Of a stretch of DNA of 64,000 bases, positions 38,882-47,963 are shown one piece after another. Made by a program: the position numbers and the translations under genes. This DNA comes from an uncultured Candidatus Saccharibacteria bacterium (GTDB lineage: Bacteria > Patescibacteriota > Doudnabacteria > UBA920). The DNA is taken from the NCBI GenBank assembly GCA_964617815.1, contig CAZTXY010000001.1, forward strand, positions 128 through 64,127. The letters are read 5' to 3'. Every line of letters begins with the position of its first letter. Within the stretch, counting starts at the first letter, position 1. Below the pieces are notes generated by a model that worked only from the letters and a program-made list of their open reading frames with translations, was not told where the DNA came from and did no database searches.

Positions 38882-40381
38882 TTAAACAGATTGGCGAAAT
38901 GGTAACATTTTTTTTATCATTACCAAATCATTTTTTTGCCAAAAATTTAAAAGTACCAAGACAACAAAGTACACAGTTACTCCAATAACTCCCATTCCAA
39001 TTAGATTTGCCAATTCACGAACAAAGCTCTGTGCAACTTGATCAAGCCAATTTTGCCAAATACTTGAGTCTTGCACAAAATATACCACGACACCCATAAC
39101 AGCGGCCGCTAAAGCTGGTCGCCACACAAAACGAGCAAAGGAAAAATTAGTTAATTTTGTTTTAACAAAATAAAAATACAATGCGCCCTGAATAAACTCT
39201 GAGGCTACTGTCACACTTGCGGCTGCCACAATTCCATAGCGCGGTAAAAGAATTAAATTAGCGGCAATGTTAATGACTACATTTATCACGGTCACTACCA
39301 CGGCCCATTTAGTTAGTTGGGAAATAACCAAGGCATTGGCCACAATATAAGTTAACAGTATGGCGGGAGCCCAAATTAAAACCGACAAAACCGAACTTGC
39401 GCCCAAAAATTCTTCGCCTGCCAAAATAAATATAATCGATTTTGCCAGCAACATACCACCAACAGCCAACGGCAAAGCTAAGGCCAACAATAAACGCAAA
39501 TATTTTTCAACTATGGCTCTGACCTCAGAAATCTGCCCCTTGGCCACCAAACCCGCAAACACAGGATATAAAGTAAATGAAACTATCGATGGAAAAAAAG
39601 CAACAAGGTCAAAAAATCGGTACGCACTAGCATAGAGTCCAGTAGCTTCCGCCCCTAACATTTTATAAATAATAACCATATCAATTCGGTTATAGATAGT
39701 ACTAAAACCAACAAGCAACGCAAAGGGAAGAGCTGCGCGCATAATTTGTTTGGCAAAACCAAAGTCAAAATATCTAAATGCATTCCAAATTTCCGCACGC
39801 GGGATGTAAACACGCACAAACCGGCGGTATAAAAACAATCCAATAATTCCAAAAATTAACTGGTTGCTGACTAAAAACACAATGTATTTACCCAACACAA
39901 TGGTCAATGTGATAATGACCACGTTAACCATGGAATTCATAAAGTTTATCAGCGCAACTTTTTTTAAATCCTGATGTGCGCTCATCACGGCCAAATACGG
40001 ATAAGTTAACCCGGCAAAAACAAAACCTAAACCAGAAACAGCAATCGCGCCCATCACCACTGGCTCATACCCATTCCCAAAGGCAATCGCCATCATTAGA
40101 GCATAGACCACAGTTGCCAACACAACTTCAACGGCAAAAAAGTTTTGTAAATAATATTTAGCGCGAGTTGGCTCTTCGCTAATTTTTTTGATAATAAACT
40201 GCTGAAGACCAAAGTCAATTATTACTCCAAAGATAGTTGTGAACGATAAAACAAACTGATGCTGTCCGGTACCATGCGGGCCTAAATATCTAAGCAAAAA
40301 AATATACGCTACGGCAAGTAACGCAATAGCGATGGTGCGCGAAAGCGACAACCAGAAAATATTTTGTGAGGGTGTAGCCAT
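38882..40381 (-). CDS. Wzx-type polysaccharide flippase
   Basis: Many TMs, RYLG...G, DFGL, YNRID, GLYA.AYR. Confidence 0.9.
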   Translation of the reverse strand: MATPSQNIFWLSLSRTIAIALLAVAYIFLLRYLGPHGTGQHQFVLSFTTIFGVIIDFGLQQFIIKKISEEPTRAKYYLQNFFAVEVVLATVVYALMMAIAFGNGYEPVVMGAIAVSGLGFVFAGLTYPYLAVMSAHQDLKKVALINFMNSMVNVVIITLTIVLGKYIVFLVSNQLIFGIIGLFLYRRFVRVYIPRAEIWNAFRYFDFGFAKQIMRAALPFALLVGFSTIYNRIDMVIIYKMLGAEATGLYASAYRFFDLVAFFPSIVSFTLYPVFAGLVAKGQISEVRAIVEKYLRLLLALALPLAVGGMLLAKSIIFILAGEEFLGASSVLSVLIWAPAILLTYIVANALVISQLTKWAVVVTVINVVINIAANLILLPRYGIVAAASVTVASEFIQGALYFYFVKTKLTNFSFARFVWRPALAAAVMGVVVYFVQDSSIWQNWLDQVAQSFVRELANLIGMGVIGVTVYFVVLVLLNFWQKNDLVMIKKMLPFRQSV

Positions 40382-40547
40382 GAGCCTTTATTATAGCAAA
40401 ATTAGCCCTATTTGACCAAAATCAAGATATGTGGTAGAATTGGAACTATGAATTCGTCGCCTGTTTTGGGGCTTTAGCATGCCTACGCTAAACCTTGAAA
40501 CAGCCGAAATCTGAAATGTAGTTACAACCAAATAGGAGCGATAGACT

Positions 40548-40862
40548 ATGAATGGTCTGAGCACTGTCGAAATCGATGGCCGAAGGGTCATCGAAATCAC
40601 TGACTTCAACAAGTCCAAGGCGATCGCCGCCCCGATCCATCTCGCCATCACGGCGGCCAAGATGGGCATCGAGACCCAGAGCGAGAGCCATCATCCGGCC
40701 CACCCGGAAGCAAAGGTCATTTCGTACCCGGTGTGGATGGCAGGATGGGGGGGCAACATGAAGGTTTTCCCGATGACGGCCCCGCAGTTGATCGACTATC
40801 TGCGTCGTGGCCGTGGCGAGCACTCGCCCGACCACACGACCGTCGTCGCCGCGACGGTCTAG
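40548..40862 (+). CDS. Hypothetical protein (GC-rich orphan)
   Basis: AGGAG SD, upstream TTGACC-17-TAGAAT (40412-40440), downstream hairpin. Confidence 0.65.
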   Translation: MNGLSTVEIDGRRVIEITDFNKSKAIAAPIHLAITAAKMGIETQSESHHPAHPEAKVISYPVWMAGWGGNMKVFPMTAPQLIDYLRRGRGEHSPDHTTVVAATV

Positions 40863-40889
40863 ACCGAAACCGCGCAACCCGCGCACACA

Positions 40890-40920
40890 GGCCACCCCGA
40901 CACTTTGTCTGGGGTGGCCT
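40890..40920 (+). terminator. Intrinsic terminator
   Basis: ggccacccc..gaca/tgtc..ggggtggcc followed by ttt. Confidence 0.75.
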
Positions 40921-40940
40921 TTCTCATTTATAATCAAAAA

Positions 40941-40973
40941 AAGCGGCACCCTTTGTTGCAAAGGGTGCCGCTT
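40941..40973 (-). terminator. Intrinsic terminator
   Basis: aagcggcaccctttg/caaagggtgccgctt, A-run on plus side. Confidence 0.8.
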
Positions 40974-40988
40974 CTATAATTTCTCAAT

Positions 40989-42833
40989 TTACTTTAACAA
41001 TACTTCACCTTGGCTATAACCATCAACTTCAACTTGTGGCAAGGTTACAACATTTTTGAAACTATATTTACGAGCCTTAAATGCTGCAGCTGAAAGCAGT
41101 CGCAACTGACTTTTCAAAACAACATACACAGCGCCACTACCGTCACCTTTTACTAAAGTATTATCACGTGGAGTAATACCAGGACCAACAGGCCAAGCAT
41201 CGTGTTCAGATTGACTAAATGTAAAATCTGGAGTAATTTTGCGTTGGCCTTTTACAAAATTAGAAATAGAATGCTTTGAGCCGTCTTTGAATAACCACAA
41301 TTGCCCAGTACTACCAACTGTGTAAAAACTTTGCTCTTTTGGCGTAGCCCAAACACCAAGACTAATGCCGTCAACTTCCTCACTGCTTAGTACTGCGATT
41401 TGTTTTGGGACGATATTACGACTGCGGAAAACTTCGCCGCTCATTGGACGCTTCTGTCCTTTATCTGTGACATAAACCGCTTGGCTATTTGACGCCTTGA
41501 TAATGGTACCATCAAGTGGTGCTACAAACCCTTTTTTTGGATAACTTTCAAGCTCACTGTCATCTATAATTTGCATTCTTTTACTGGCTCCGTGCTGAGC
41601 AAAAGTATAACCACTAAAAAGTTGTAAAAAACCACCACTGACTAAATAGACAGCATGATTAGTCTTACCACGAAGAACTGTACCATCATTTGGTGTAAGC
41701 TGTGGGCCTTTTTCAAACAAAGCTGCATCAAGTGCTGAGACATTCAAAGCATTTGCAACATTTAGCCCACGCTGGGCAATTACCACACTTGTTGCAGGAA
41801 GTTTCAAATTATTTTGAAATACATAATAACCATTCTCACCTTCTACTTTGATAACCGTATTATCAACAGGACCGAGAAGTTTGTCCGTTACATAACTCTC
41901 AAATTCCGTTTGAGAAACTGTAATTGCGGAGGAAGGATTTAGACCTCGCGCAATAATAACAAACTGAGGGACAGGCTGTTTTACCCCATTTAAGATAATG
42001 TAAATTTTCGTGTCGTTGGCTAACTTAAAAAGCGTATTGTTTGGATATCTAAACCATTCGTTAAAATATTTCCAAAAATTATAATTACCGTTAAAAATAT
42101 GTGGCGTATAGTTGTAAAGTGCCGCAGTAGCTGAATTTCCAAGCGTAATGCTTTGCTGACGCATAATGCCGTCATAAGCGCCTTCGGTATTGTCCAAAGT
42201 AATTACACTTCCCACCCGCGAAACTGACCCGTTAAACATGGGGCCACGACCACCAGGAGTATTAAAAGACTTCATTAATGAGCGAGCAGCGCCTAAATAA
42301 CGACTGCCCTCACTGTCAAAGTTTCCAAAAAGTTGGTGATAAAAACCGGTAAAGACTGCACCACATCCGCCACTATCAGGACAACCAAAACCAAGTGAGA
42401 AGTCCAAAGCGCGCTGAAGCTGTTCTGGAGTTGATGTTTGCCTTCCAGTAATCAAGCTCTGTTCTTTTTGCAACGTAACAATAATCACTTGTGGGTTCAG
42501 ACCGCTCTGCACGCTAGCGTCCCAAATAAGTTCTGCAGCTGTGCGCAGGCGAGGCAAGTTTGGCTGTGGATCCTCTAAACCTTGTTTTAACAAACTAATT
42601 TGAGGTTCTTTTAGCTTAGCTAAAAAATCTGGGTTTGCATTGGCTAATATACTGCCTTTGCTTTCCAAAAACTTTTGAATACCACTTGCTCCACCAAAAG
42701 TTTTCGTATCAGAGAAAACGGCGTCATCTATAATTTTATCTGGGTTAAAAGCAGGATTAACCGGAAGCCCTGCCGAAACAAGACTTGGAGATAATAAGAA
42801 AATAGAAAATAAAATTGCGCTAATGTATTTCAT
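40989..42833 (-). CDS. Secreted protein with lysozyme-like N-domain and C-terminal surface repeats
   Basis: Signal peptide; NPQV..VTLQKEQSL, GFGCPD, TAALYNYTPH; ~58-aa repeats P.DGT.IK...VY...G.K. Confidence 0.7.
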   Translation of the reverse strand: MKYISAILFSIFLLSPSLVSAGLPVNPAFNPDKIIDDAVFSDTKTFGGASGIQKFLESKGSILANANPDFLAKLKEPQISLLKQGLEDPQPNLPRLRTAAELIWDASVQSGLNPQVIIVTLQKEQSLITGRQTSTPEQLQRALDFSLGFGCPDSGGCGAVFTGFYHQLFGNFDSEGSRYLGAARSLMKSFNTPGGRGPMFNGSVSRVGSVITLDNTEGAYDGIMRQQSITLGNSATAALYNYTPHIFNGNYNFWKYFNEWFRYPNNTLFKLANDTKIYIILNGVKQPVPQFVIIARGLNPSSAITVSQTEFESYVTDKLLGPVDNTVIKVEGENGYYVFQNNLKLPATSVVIAQRGLNVANALNVSALDAALFEKGPQLTPNDGTVLRGKTNHAVYLVSGGFLQLFSGYTFAQHGASKRMQIIDDSELESYPKKGFVAPLDGTIIKASNSQAVYVTDKGQKRPMSGEVFRSRNIVPKQIAVLSSEEVDGISLGVWATPKEQSFYTVGSTGQLWLFKDGSKHSISNFVKGQRKITPDFTFSQSEHDAWPVGPGITPRDNTLVKGDGSGAVYVVLKSQLRLLSAAAFKARKYSFKNVVTLPQVEVDGYSQGEVLLK

Positions 42834-42879
42834 ATGATTGTCTTTCTATAATAACATAATTAAAGCTTGGTACTAAGTA

Positions 42880-44718
42880 CTAGAGAATATACGCGTCCCC
42901 TTTTGAAAAACTTTTTAAATCATTGTCTGATACGTAAACCACTGGAAATATTGTAAGACCACGGGCTTGATAAAAGTTAAAGTTTATGGGATGAAGCACC
43001 CCTTCTACGGCCCAATAAACAGTTGTGTCTTTAGCCGTCCGAACTAAGCTTCCATCGGGAGGAGCCAGAAAATTTCCCGTCAGCCAAGAATTCACTTCAG
43101 AATAACTAAGCGATATAATGTTTGTGAATTTAAAACCTCTCAGATTAAAAATTTGTCCGGTTATCGGTAACTTTAAGTCTTTGGAAATATAATAAACTGT
43201 TGGGTCTGTTGTTAGCTTTATTAAAGTCCCCTCAAGTGGCGCTGCAAAATTACTTTCTGGATAGCGACTAAGATCGTCTAGTGTAACTATTTTAATAACT
43301 GCCCCGCCGAAGCGCTGGCTTTTTACAAAAGGGCTAATGTATTGTCTTTTTCCGCCATTAATATAATAAAAATTTCCAGTATTTTGAATCTGCACAACAT
43401 CTCCATCTTTTAAATTTGGCGTAACTATTTCTTGTGCCAAACTTTTCACAACATTAATGCGTCCAGTCCCAAGTAAACCTGCACAAGAACTGCCATTGCA
43501 TTGGCTTAAATTTAAATTATCAATTGGATCTGCAGACGCGAGTATCCGGTCACGAATTTGTTTATTAGTCGCTCCGGGAAATTTACTTTTAAGTAACGCG
43601 GCCTGCCCAACTACAAACGGGACAGCCATGGAAGTTCCCGACGCATAAGCATAGTCGTCTGGACGAATTGCTCCACTAAGCGGATCATGATTAATAGTAG
43701 AAAGAATACGCCTGCCAGGGGCTGCAACATCAATACAAGCTTTACCGAAATTGGAAAAAGAAGGTTTTTGATCGTTGAAGTCTGTGGCCAGCACTCCAAT
43801 GATCATATTTTCACCATTATCATCACAAATTGGGAAAACTGGCTCTTGGTCTAAGTTCCCTCCGGTAATTGCAACGTCATTGCCTGCTGCTGCCACAATT
43901 ACTACGTCTTTGCGAAAAGCATAAGTAATTGCGTTAGCTAAAGTTGTGTCATGGCCAAAGCCAATGCCACCCAAACTTAAATTTATAATATGCGCACCTT
44001 GATCGGCTGCCCAAACAATTGCTTCAGATACGCTGGAGGAACTACCACTCCCAAGAGCGTCGAGTGCTTTTACTGGCATCAAACTAATTTGCCAATTAGT
44101 GCCAGCAACTCCAATCCCATTGTTGGGCGAGGCTCCAATAATTCCAGTGACTAAAGTTCCGTGCCCATTGTCATCAGAATTAGTTCCTGAAACAATAATA
44201 TTTCTTGTCAAAGTATTAAAACCTGTAACAAACTTCACACCAGCAAAGTCTTCATGGGTTTGATCTATTCCAGTATCAATAACAGCAACAATGGTTTTAA
44301 TAGAGCCCTTCTCTTTGTCCCAGACTTCTGGAAAACCAGTTTTTGCCAGTCCCCATTGTTTGTCTATATTTAAAGGATTTAAAGTAAAGCCTGGATCGTT
44401 TGGCGTAATTTGTGCGTGAGTTTGCAAAATTTGATCTTGCTCTACATAATCAAAACTGCCTGCAAGTTTCTCTTTAATTTTATTGAGACTAAGACTTGAA
44501 GAAAAACTATAGACATTTTGGAATTGAGGATTTGAGGAAAAAGTAAATTTTTGCTCTATTTTGTCTGAGAAAGAAGACAATGCTGATAACTCGTTACTCT
44601 TGAGTTTAATGATAAAATTACTACTGGTTTGCTGCTCTGCAAAAACAGGACTTGGCAGAACCAAGCCTGAAATTAAAAGAGTGAGTAGTGATTTTAAAAA
44701 GAAATGTTTTAATTTCAT
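42880..44718 (-). CDS. Subtilisin-like S8 serine protease with C-terminal surface repeats
   Basis: VAVIDTG, NGHGT, AAAGN, SGTSMA.P; repeats like the neighbour's. Confidence 0.93.
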   Translation of the reverse strand: MKLKHFFLKSLLTLLISGLVLPSPVFAEQQTSSNFIIKLKSNELSALSSFSDKIEQKFTFSSNPQFQNVYSFSSSLSLNKIKEKLAGSFDYVEQDQILQTHAQITPNDPGFTLNPLNIDKQWGLAKTGFPEVWDKEKGSIKTIVAVIDTGIDQTHEDFAGVKFVTGFNTLTRNIIVSGTNSDDNGHGTLVTGIIGASPNNGIGVAGTNWQISLMPVKALDALGSGSSSSVSEAIVWAADQGAHIINLSLGGIGFGHDTTLANAITYAFRKDVVIVAAAGNDVAITGGNLDQEPVFPICDDNGENMIIGVLATDFNDQKPSFSNFGKACIDVAAPGRRILSTINHDPLSGAIRPDDYAYASGTSMAVPFVVGQAALLKSKFPGATNKQIRDRILASADPIDNLNLSQCNGSSCAGLLGTGRINVVKSLAQEIVTPNLKDGDVVQIQNTGNFYYINGGKRQYISPFVKSQRFGGAVIKIVTLDDLSRYPESNFAAPLEGTLIKLTTDPTVYYISKDLKLPITGQIFNLRGFKFTNIISLSYSEVNSWLTGNFLAPPDGSLVRTAKDTTVYWAVEGVLHPINFNFYQARGLTIFPVVYVSDNDLKSFSKGDAYIL

Positions 44719-44733
44719 CTAACCTACGATGAC

Positions 44734-44793
44734 TGTCATCCTGAGCGGAGCGAAGGATCTCTGCAGAGATTCCTCGACAAGCTCGGAATGACA
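44734..44793. repeat. REP-like palindromic element
   Basis: tgtcatcctgagcggagcgaaggatctc-tgca-gagattcctcgacaagctcggaatgaca, two inverted half-units. Confidence 0.75.
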
Positions 44794-44846
44794 ATACTTA
44801 TTTAGTTTCATTGTTTTCCTAAGTACCAAGTACTTAGTACTAAGTA

Positions 44847-45566
44847 CTACTTTGTGTACTTTCCTGTCATCAAATTCAATCTAGTTTGCATAATTTCCAA
44901 AAGCATTTTTATCATTCCTGAAAGCTTCACGTGACTCTCTGCGTCATTGACCCAAACAATTGGCAACTCTTTAATTTTAAAACCAAACTTGCGAGCTAAA
45001 GCTAAAATTTCAACATCAAACGCCCAGCGCATAATTCTCTGTTGAGGAAAAATTTTACTCGCAGCTTTGGCGGAGACTGCTTTAAACCCACACTGTGAAT
45101 CTGTAACACCCAAAGGTACCAAGGTATGAACTATCAAACGAAACACACCGCCCAAAAAATCACGCAAAAGTGGCTGATGTGCCGCAATGTTGCTTCCTGC
45201 AATCCGGCGAGAACCAATCACTAAGTCATAGCCCTGCTCAAAATAAGGCAAAAATGGTAAAACCTGATCTACGGTTGTGGAGTTATCCGCATCCATAAAC
45301 AAGCGGACATCGCCATTAGCTTCAAGCATACCTTGGCGCACTACCCAGCCTTTGCCATGATTATCCTTGTTATCTATAAGACGTAAGTTTTTGACAGTTG
45401 TTTCTAAATTTTTTACAACTTCTCCTGTATTATCTGTTGAACCATCACTAACTACCAGTATTTCATAGTCAAATGACTGTTTAGTTAAAAACTCATTAAC
45501 TGAATAGAGAGTTTTTTCAATGCGCTTACCTTCGTTATAAGCCGGGATAACTACGGATAGTTTCAT
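44847..45566 (-). CDS. Polyprenyl-phosphate glycosyltransferase (GT2, Dpm1/Alg5-like)
   Basis: SVVIPAYNE, DGSTD, NHGKG, FMDAD, DSQCGFK, FDVEIL. Confidence 0.92.
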   Translation of the reverse strand: MKLSVVIPAYNEGKRIEKTLYSVNEFLTKQSFDYEILVVSDGSTDNTGEVVKNLETTVKNLRLIDNKDNHGKGWVVRQGMLEANGDVRLFMDADNSTTVDQVLPFLPYFEQGYDLVIGSRRIAGSNIAAHQPLLRDFLGGVFRLIVHTLVPLGVTDSQCGFKAVSAKAASKIFPQQRIMRWAFDVEILALARKFGFKIKELPIVWVNDAESHVKLSGMIKMLLEIMQTRLNLMTGKYTK

Positions 45567-45651
45567 ATTTTTTGTGTTAATTTCGCCAAATTTTTTACAA
45601 CTAATATATTTGTATTATAGCAAAAAAATGTCATCTATGCGACTTGAATTC

Positions 45652-45693
45652 TATATTTTCTCTTTTTCACAAATGTGAAAAAGAGAAAATATA
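45652..45693. repeat. Perfect 20-bp inverted repeat
   Basis: tatattttctctttttcaca-aa-tgtgaaaaagagaaaatata. Confidence 0.85.
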
Positions 45694-45734
45694 AACACTA
45701 ATTTATGAATTTAAAAAAATAGATAAAATGAAAA

Positions 45735-45784
45735 CGCGGCACTTGTGCTTTCCGTCCGAAGACAGGAAAGACACGAGTACCGCG
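45735..45784 (-). terminator. Long terminator hairpin with cUUCGg loop
   Basis: Minus strand gcggtactcgtgtctttcctgtc-ttcg-gacggaaagcacaagtgccgc then T-run. Confidence 0.75.
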
Positions 45785-45799
45785 CATCGCGACTAGCGA

Positions 45800-46990
45800 T
45801 TAGTTGTTGGGCTTCATAGCCCTGTTCCAGCGGCTGCCGCTGGAGTTGTTCCGAACCTGCCCACCACCGTCGGTGGGAGCAAGAGCGCGTTGTCCTCCGT
45901 TGTTACGCCGATCCCCGCGGCGCTCATCCGGAGCGACCACAGGATCGTCCTGATGCTTGATCGGCTTGGTGTCAGGACTTTGCCCATTGTTACGGATGAT
46001 CACCGGAACGAGAACCCAATTTCGGGTTACTCGCGGCTCAAAAGTTGCACACTCCCTCTCCCCAAAGGAGACTGTGATCACGCCATCTTCCCAGACAGCC
46101 GATCCGTTTCGATCCAGCGCAGTTGTCTTGTTGCGCTTGACCTCAACGGTTTGAGTGTGATTGTCAGGCCAGCTGACCTTGAGTTGGCCTTTGTCGTGCG
46201 AAGGATTTGTCGCATTCGCGACACGATCGCCAGCAGCTGTGCTGGTGGTCGAAAGCAGTACTGCCTTCCCACGCTCACCCTTCGAGCTACCGGCGTACGA
46301 AATCACGCCGGCGATGACCGTCTTCACCACAGTGCCCACGATCCCACCGACAGCCTTTTCGCGGCCAGAAGCCTCGCCCTTATATGAAATCTCAGGGCAA
46401 TCCGGACACGGAACGGTCACTGTTGTGGTCACCGGTTTTGGAGTCTCCGGTGTCGGCGGCAATGGTACCTCGGTAGTCCAAGTGTTCTCACACTTGTCCT
46501 CCCAATAGTAAATCCTCTTGCCGTCCCGATCCTCGAACTTGATGAGGGTCGGCGGTTCGTCCACGACACAGGGTGTCGCTTCCGGCTCAGGCGGGGTTGT
46601 AACCCACTTGAGCCGATTGAACGTCACACCGCCAGTGGAAGTTCGACATCCCTCCAAGTAACCAAGGGTCCAAGAACCTGGATCAAGGTAGACCCAGGCT
46701 TCGGGGTTGTCGCCCAGGTAGATCACCCGAGCGATTTTTCCGAATTCGTTCCAGGCCGGGAGCTTCCGGTATTTCTCCGGAATCTCCTTGACCTGGACAC
46801 GCTTGTACCCCTCGAACACCGACTTATCACCGGTGTACTTGGGGTGCGAGAAGACCTCGCTGGAGAGCTTCGTCATCTCATAGCGATCGCTACGGATGAG
46901 AGCCTTGCGATTCTGCGCATGCGCTGCCTGGGCCGTGAGGCCCAGGAGAAGCGCCGTGAGAAGAACGAGGGAAAAGATCACCTTGTTCAT
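45800..46990 (-). CDS. Secreted hypothetical protein (GC-rich)
   Basis: AGGAG SD, signal peptide ending AHA|Q, Pro/Thr linker, Gly-rich hydrophobic segment. Confidence 0.75.
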   Translation of the reverse strand: MNKVIFSLVLLTALLLGLTAQAAHAQNRKALIRSDRYEMTKLSSEVFSHPKYTGDKSVFEGYKRVQVKEIPEKYRKLPAWNEFGKIARVIYLGDNPEAWVYLDPGSWTLGYLEGCRTSTGGVTFNRLKWVTTPPEPEATPCVVDEPPTLIKFEDRDGKRIYYWEDKCENTWTTEVPLPPTPETPKPVTTTVTVPCPDCPEISYKGEASGREKAVGGIVGTVVKTVIAGVISYAGSSKGERGKAVLLSTTSTAAGDRVANATNPSHDKGQLKVSWPDNHTQTVEVKRNKTTALDRNGSAVWEDGVITVSFGERECATFEPRVTRNWVLVPVIIRNNGQSPDTKPIKHQDDPVVAPDERRGDRRNNGGQRALAPTDGGGQVRNNSSGSRWNRAMKPNN

Positions 46991-47005
46991 TTCGTCTCCT
47001 TGGGC

Positions 47006-47734
47006 TCAGCGGCCCTCAACCAAATTTGCATCGTTCGCCGCCTCCAAAATCATGCGGAGGCTAGCGAAGAGAGTTTCTTGCCCATAGTAGTTCCGGGTCT
47101 TTGGCAGACGCACACCCAGTTGGGCCAGCGCGCCAATTGCCGGACCTCCTGTCTGCGCCGAAAAGGTGGAGCTCTGAGAGCCCCCCCACGGAATCCTCAA
47201 CTGTCCTGACCCCGTGGTAAATTCAAACACCTCGGCGTCAGATAGTGACTTTCCCGTGATCTCACCGCGCTGATTGCGCAGTGTGATTTCGACGTAAACT
47301 CGGTATGCGACCTTACGCGAGTTCTGCCCGCGCAAAGAGAAACTCTCCTGCACCGGCACCGAACTGACGTTCGGCTGAATACGCATAATGAGCTCGGCGT
47401 ACTTACGCTCCGCAACTGGTCGGCTGTCACCGAAAGCCCCCGCTTCGATCAAGCGGTTCACCAGTTTCTCGGCCATTGCCGAGTTCTGGAAACCACTAAC
47501 CTCTACGAAGACCGGAGTGAGCTGCTGAGGCGCGGATTGCGCCGGAGCATTAGGAACCGGCTGAGATGCCGGAACCGGCGCTGGCTGCGACGTCGCATTC
47601 GGGTCACCCTGCGCGGGACCCCAACGACGAGCCGCTTCTTCGCGGGTCATCAACTTGCGGCCCGACTGGGCCAAAGCGATCGGTGCCAACACGGCAACGA
47701 TCAGGAACGCGACAAAAATCTTGGTGGTGCTCAT
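47006..47734 (-). CDS. Secreted hypothetical protein (GC-rich)
   Basis: Start MSTTK at 47734 after AAGGAG; signal peptide ALA|Q, Pro/Gln linker, alpha/beta domain. Confidence 0.75.
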   Translation of the reverse strand: MSTTKIFVAFLIVAVLAPIALAQSGRKLMTREEAARRWGPAQGDPNATSQPAPVPASQPVPNAPAQSAPQQLTPVFVEVSGFQNSAMAEKLVNRLIEAGAFGDSRPVAERKYAELIMRIQPNVSSVPVQESFSLRGQNSRKVAYRVYVEITLRNQRGEITGKSLSDAEVFEFTTGSGQLRIPWGGSQSSTFSAQTGGPAIGALAQLGVRLPKTRNYYGQETLFASLRMILEAANDANLVEGR

Positions 47735-47963
47735 GGATCTTTCTCCTTGTGTATCTGCGTGATGTATGGCCATGAACAGCCATGGGGACGACTAAATATT
47801 AACTAATCGCTTAGTTATCATTAGCCCTCCTCAGAGCTGTCAATGAACTTTCCAACTGATTGTGCTTTTAGGCACATTCCTGCCCCGCCCTCGCGGCGGG
47901 ACAAGATCTGCATGAAAGCTGTAACTTAATAGTATACTCTTCTACTTACATTCCTGTCGAGGC

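Noticed and set aside
40391-41019. Overlapping alternative ORFs (40488-40961 minus, 40391-40669 minus, 40576, 40733, 40807 plus)
   Set aside because: GC-rich shadow frames; only 40548-40862 has a promoter, SD and terminator in the right orientation.
45890-47806. Several plus-strand ORFs opposite the two secreted-protein genes
   Set aside because: Antisense shadows caused by high GC; the minus-strand ORFs have SDs and signal peptides.
47881-47904. Short GC hairpin ccccgccctcgcggcggg after the sortase gene
   Set aside because: Too short to distinguish a REP-like unit from a weak terminator.
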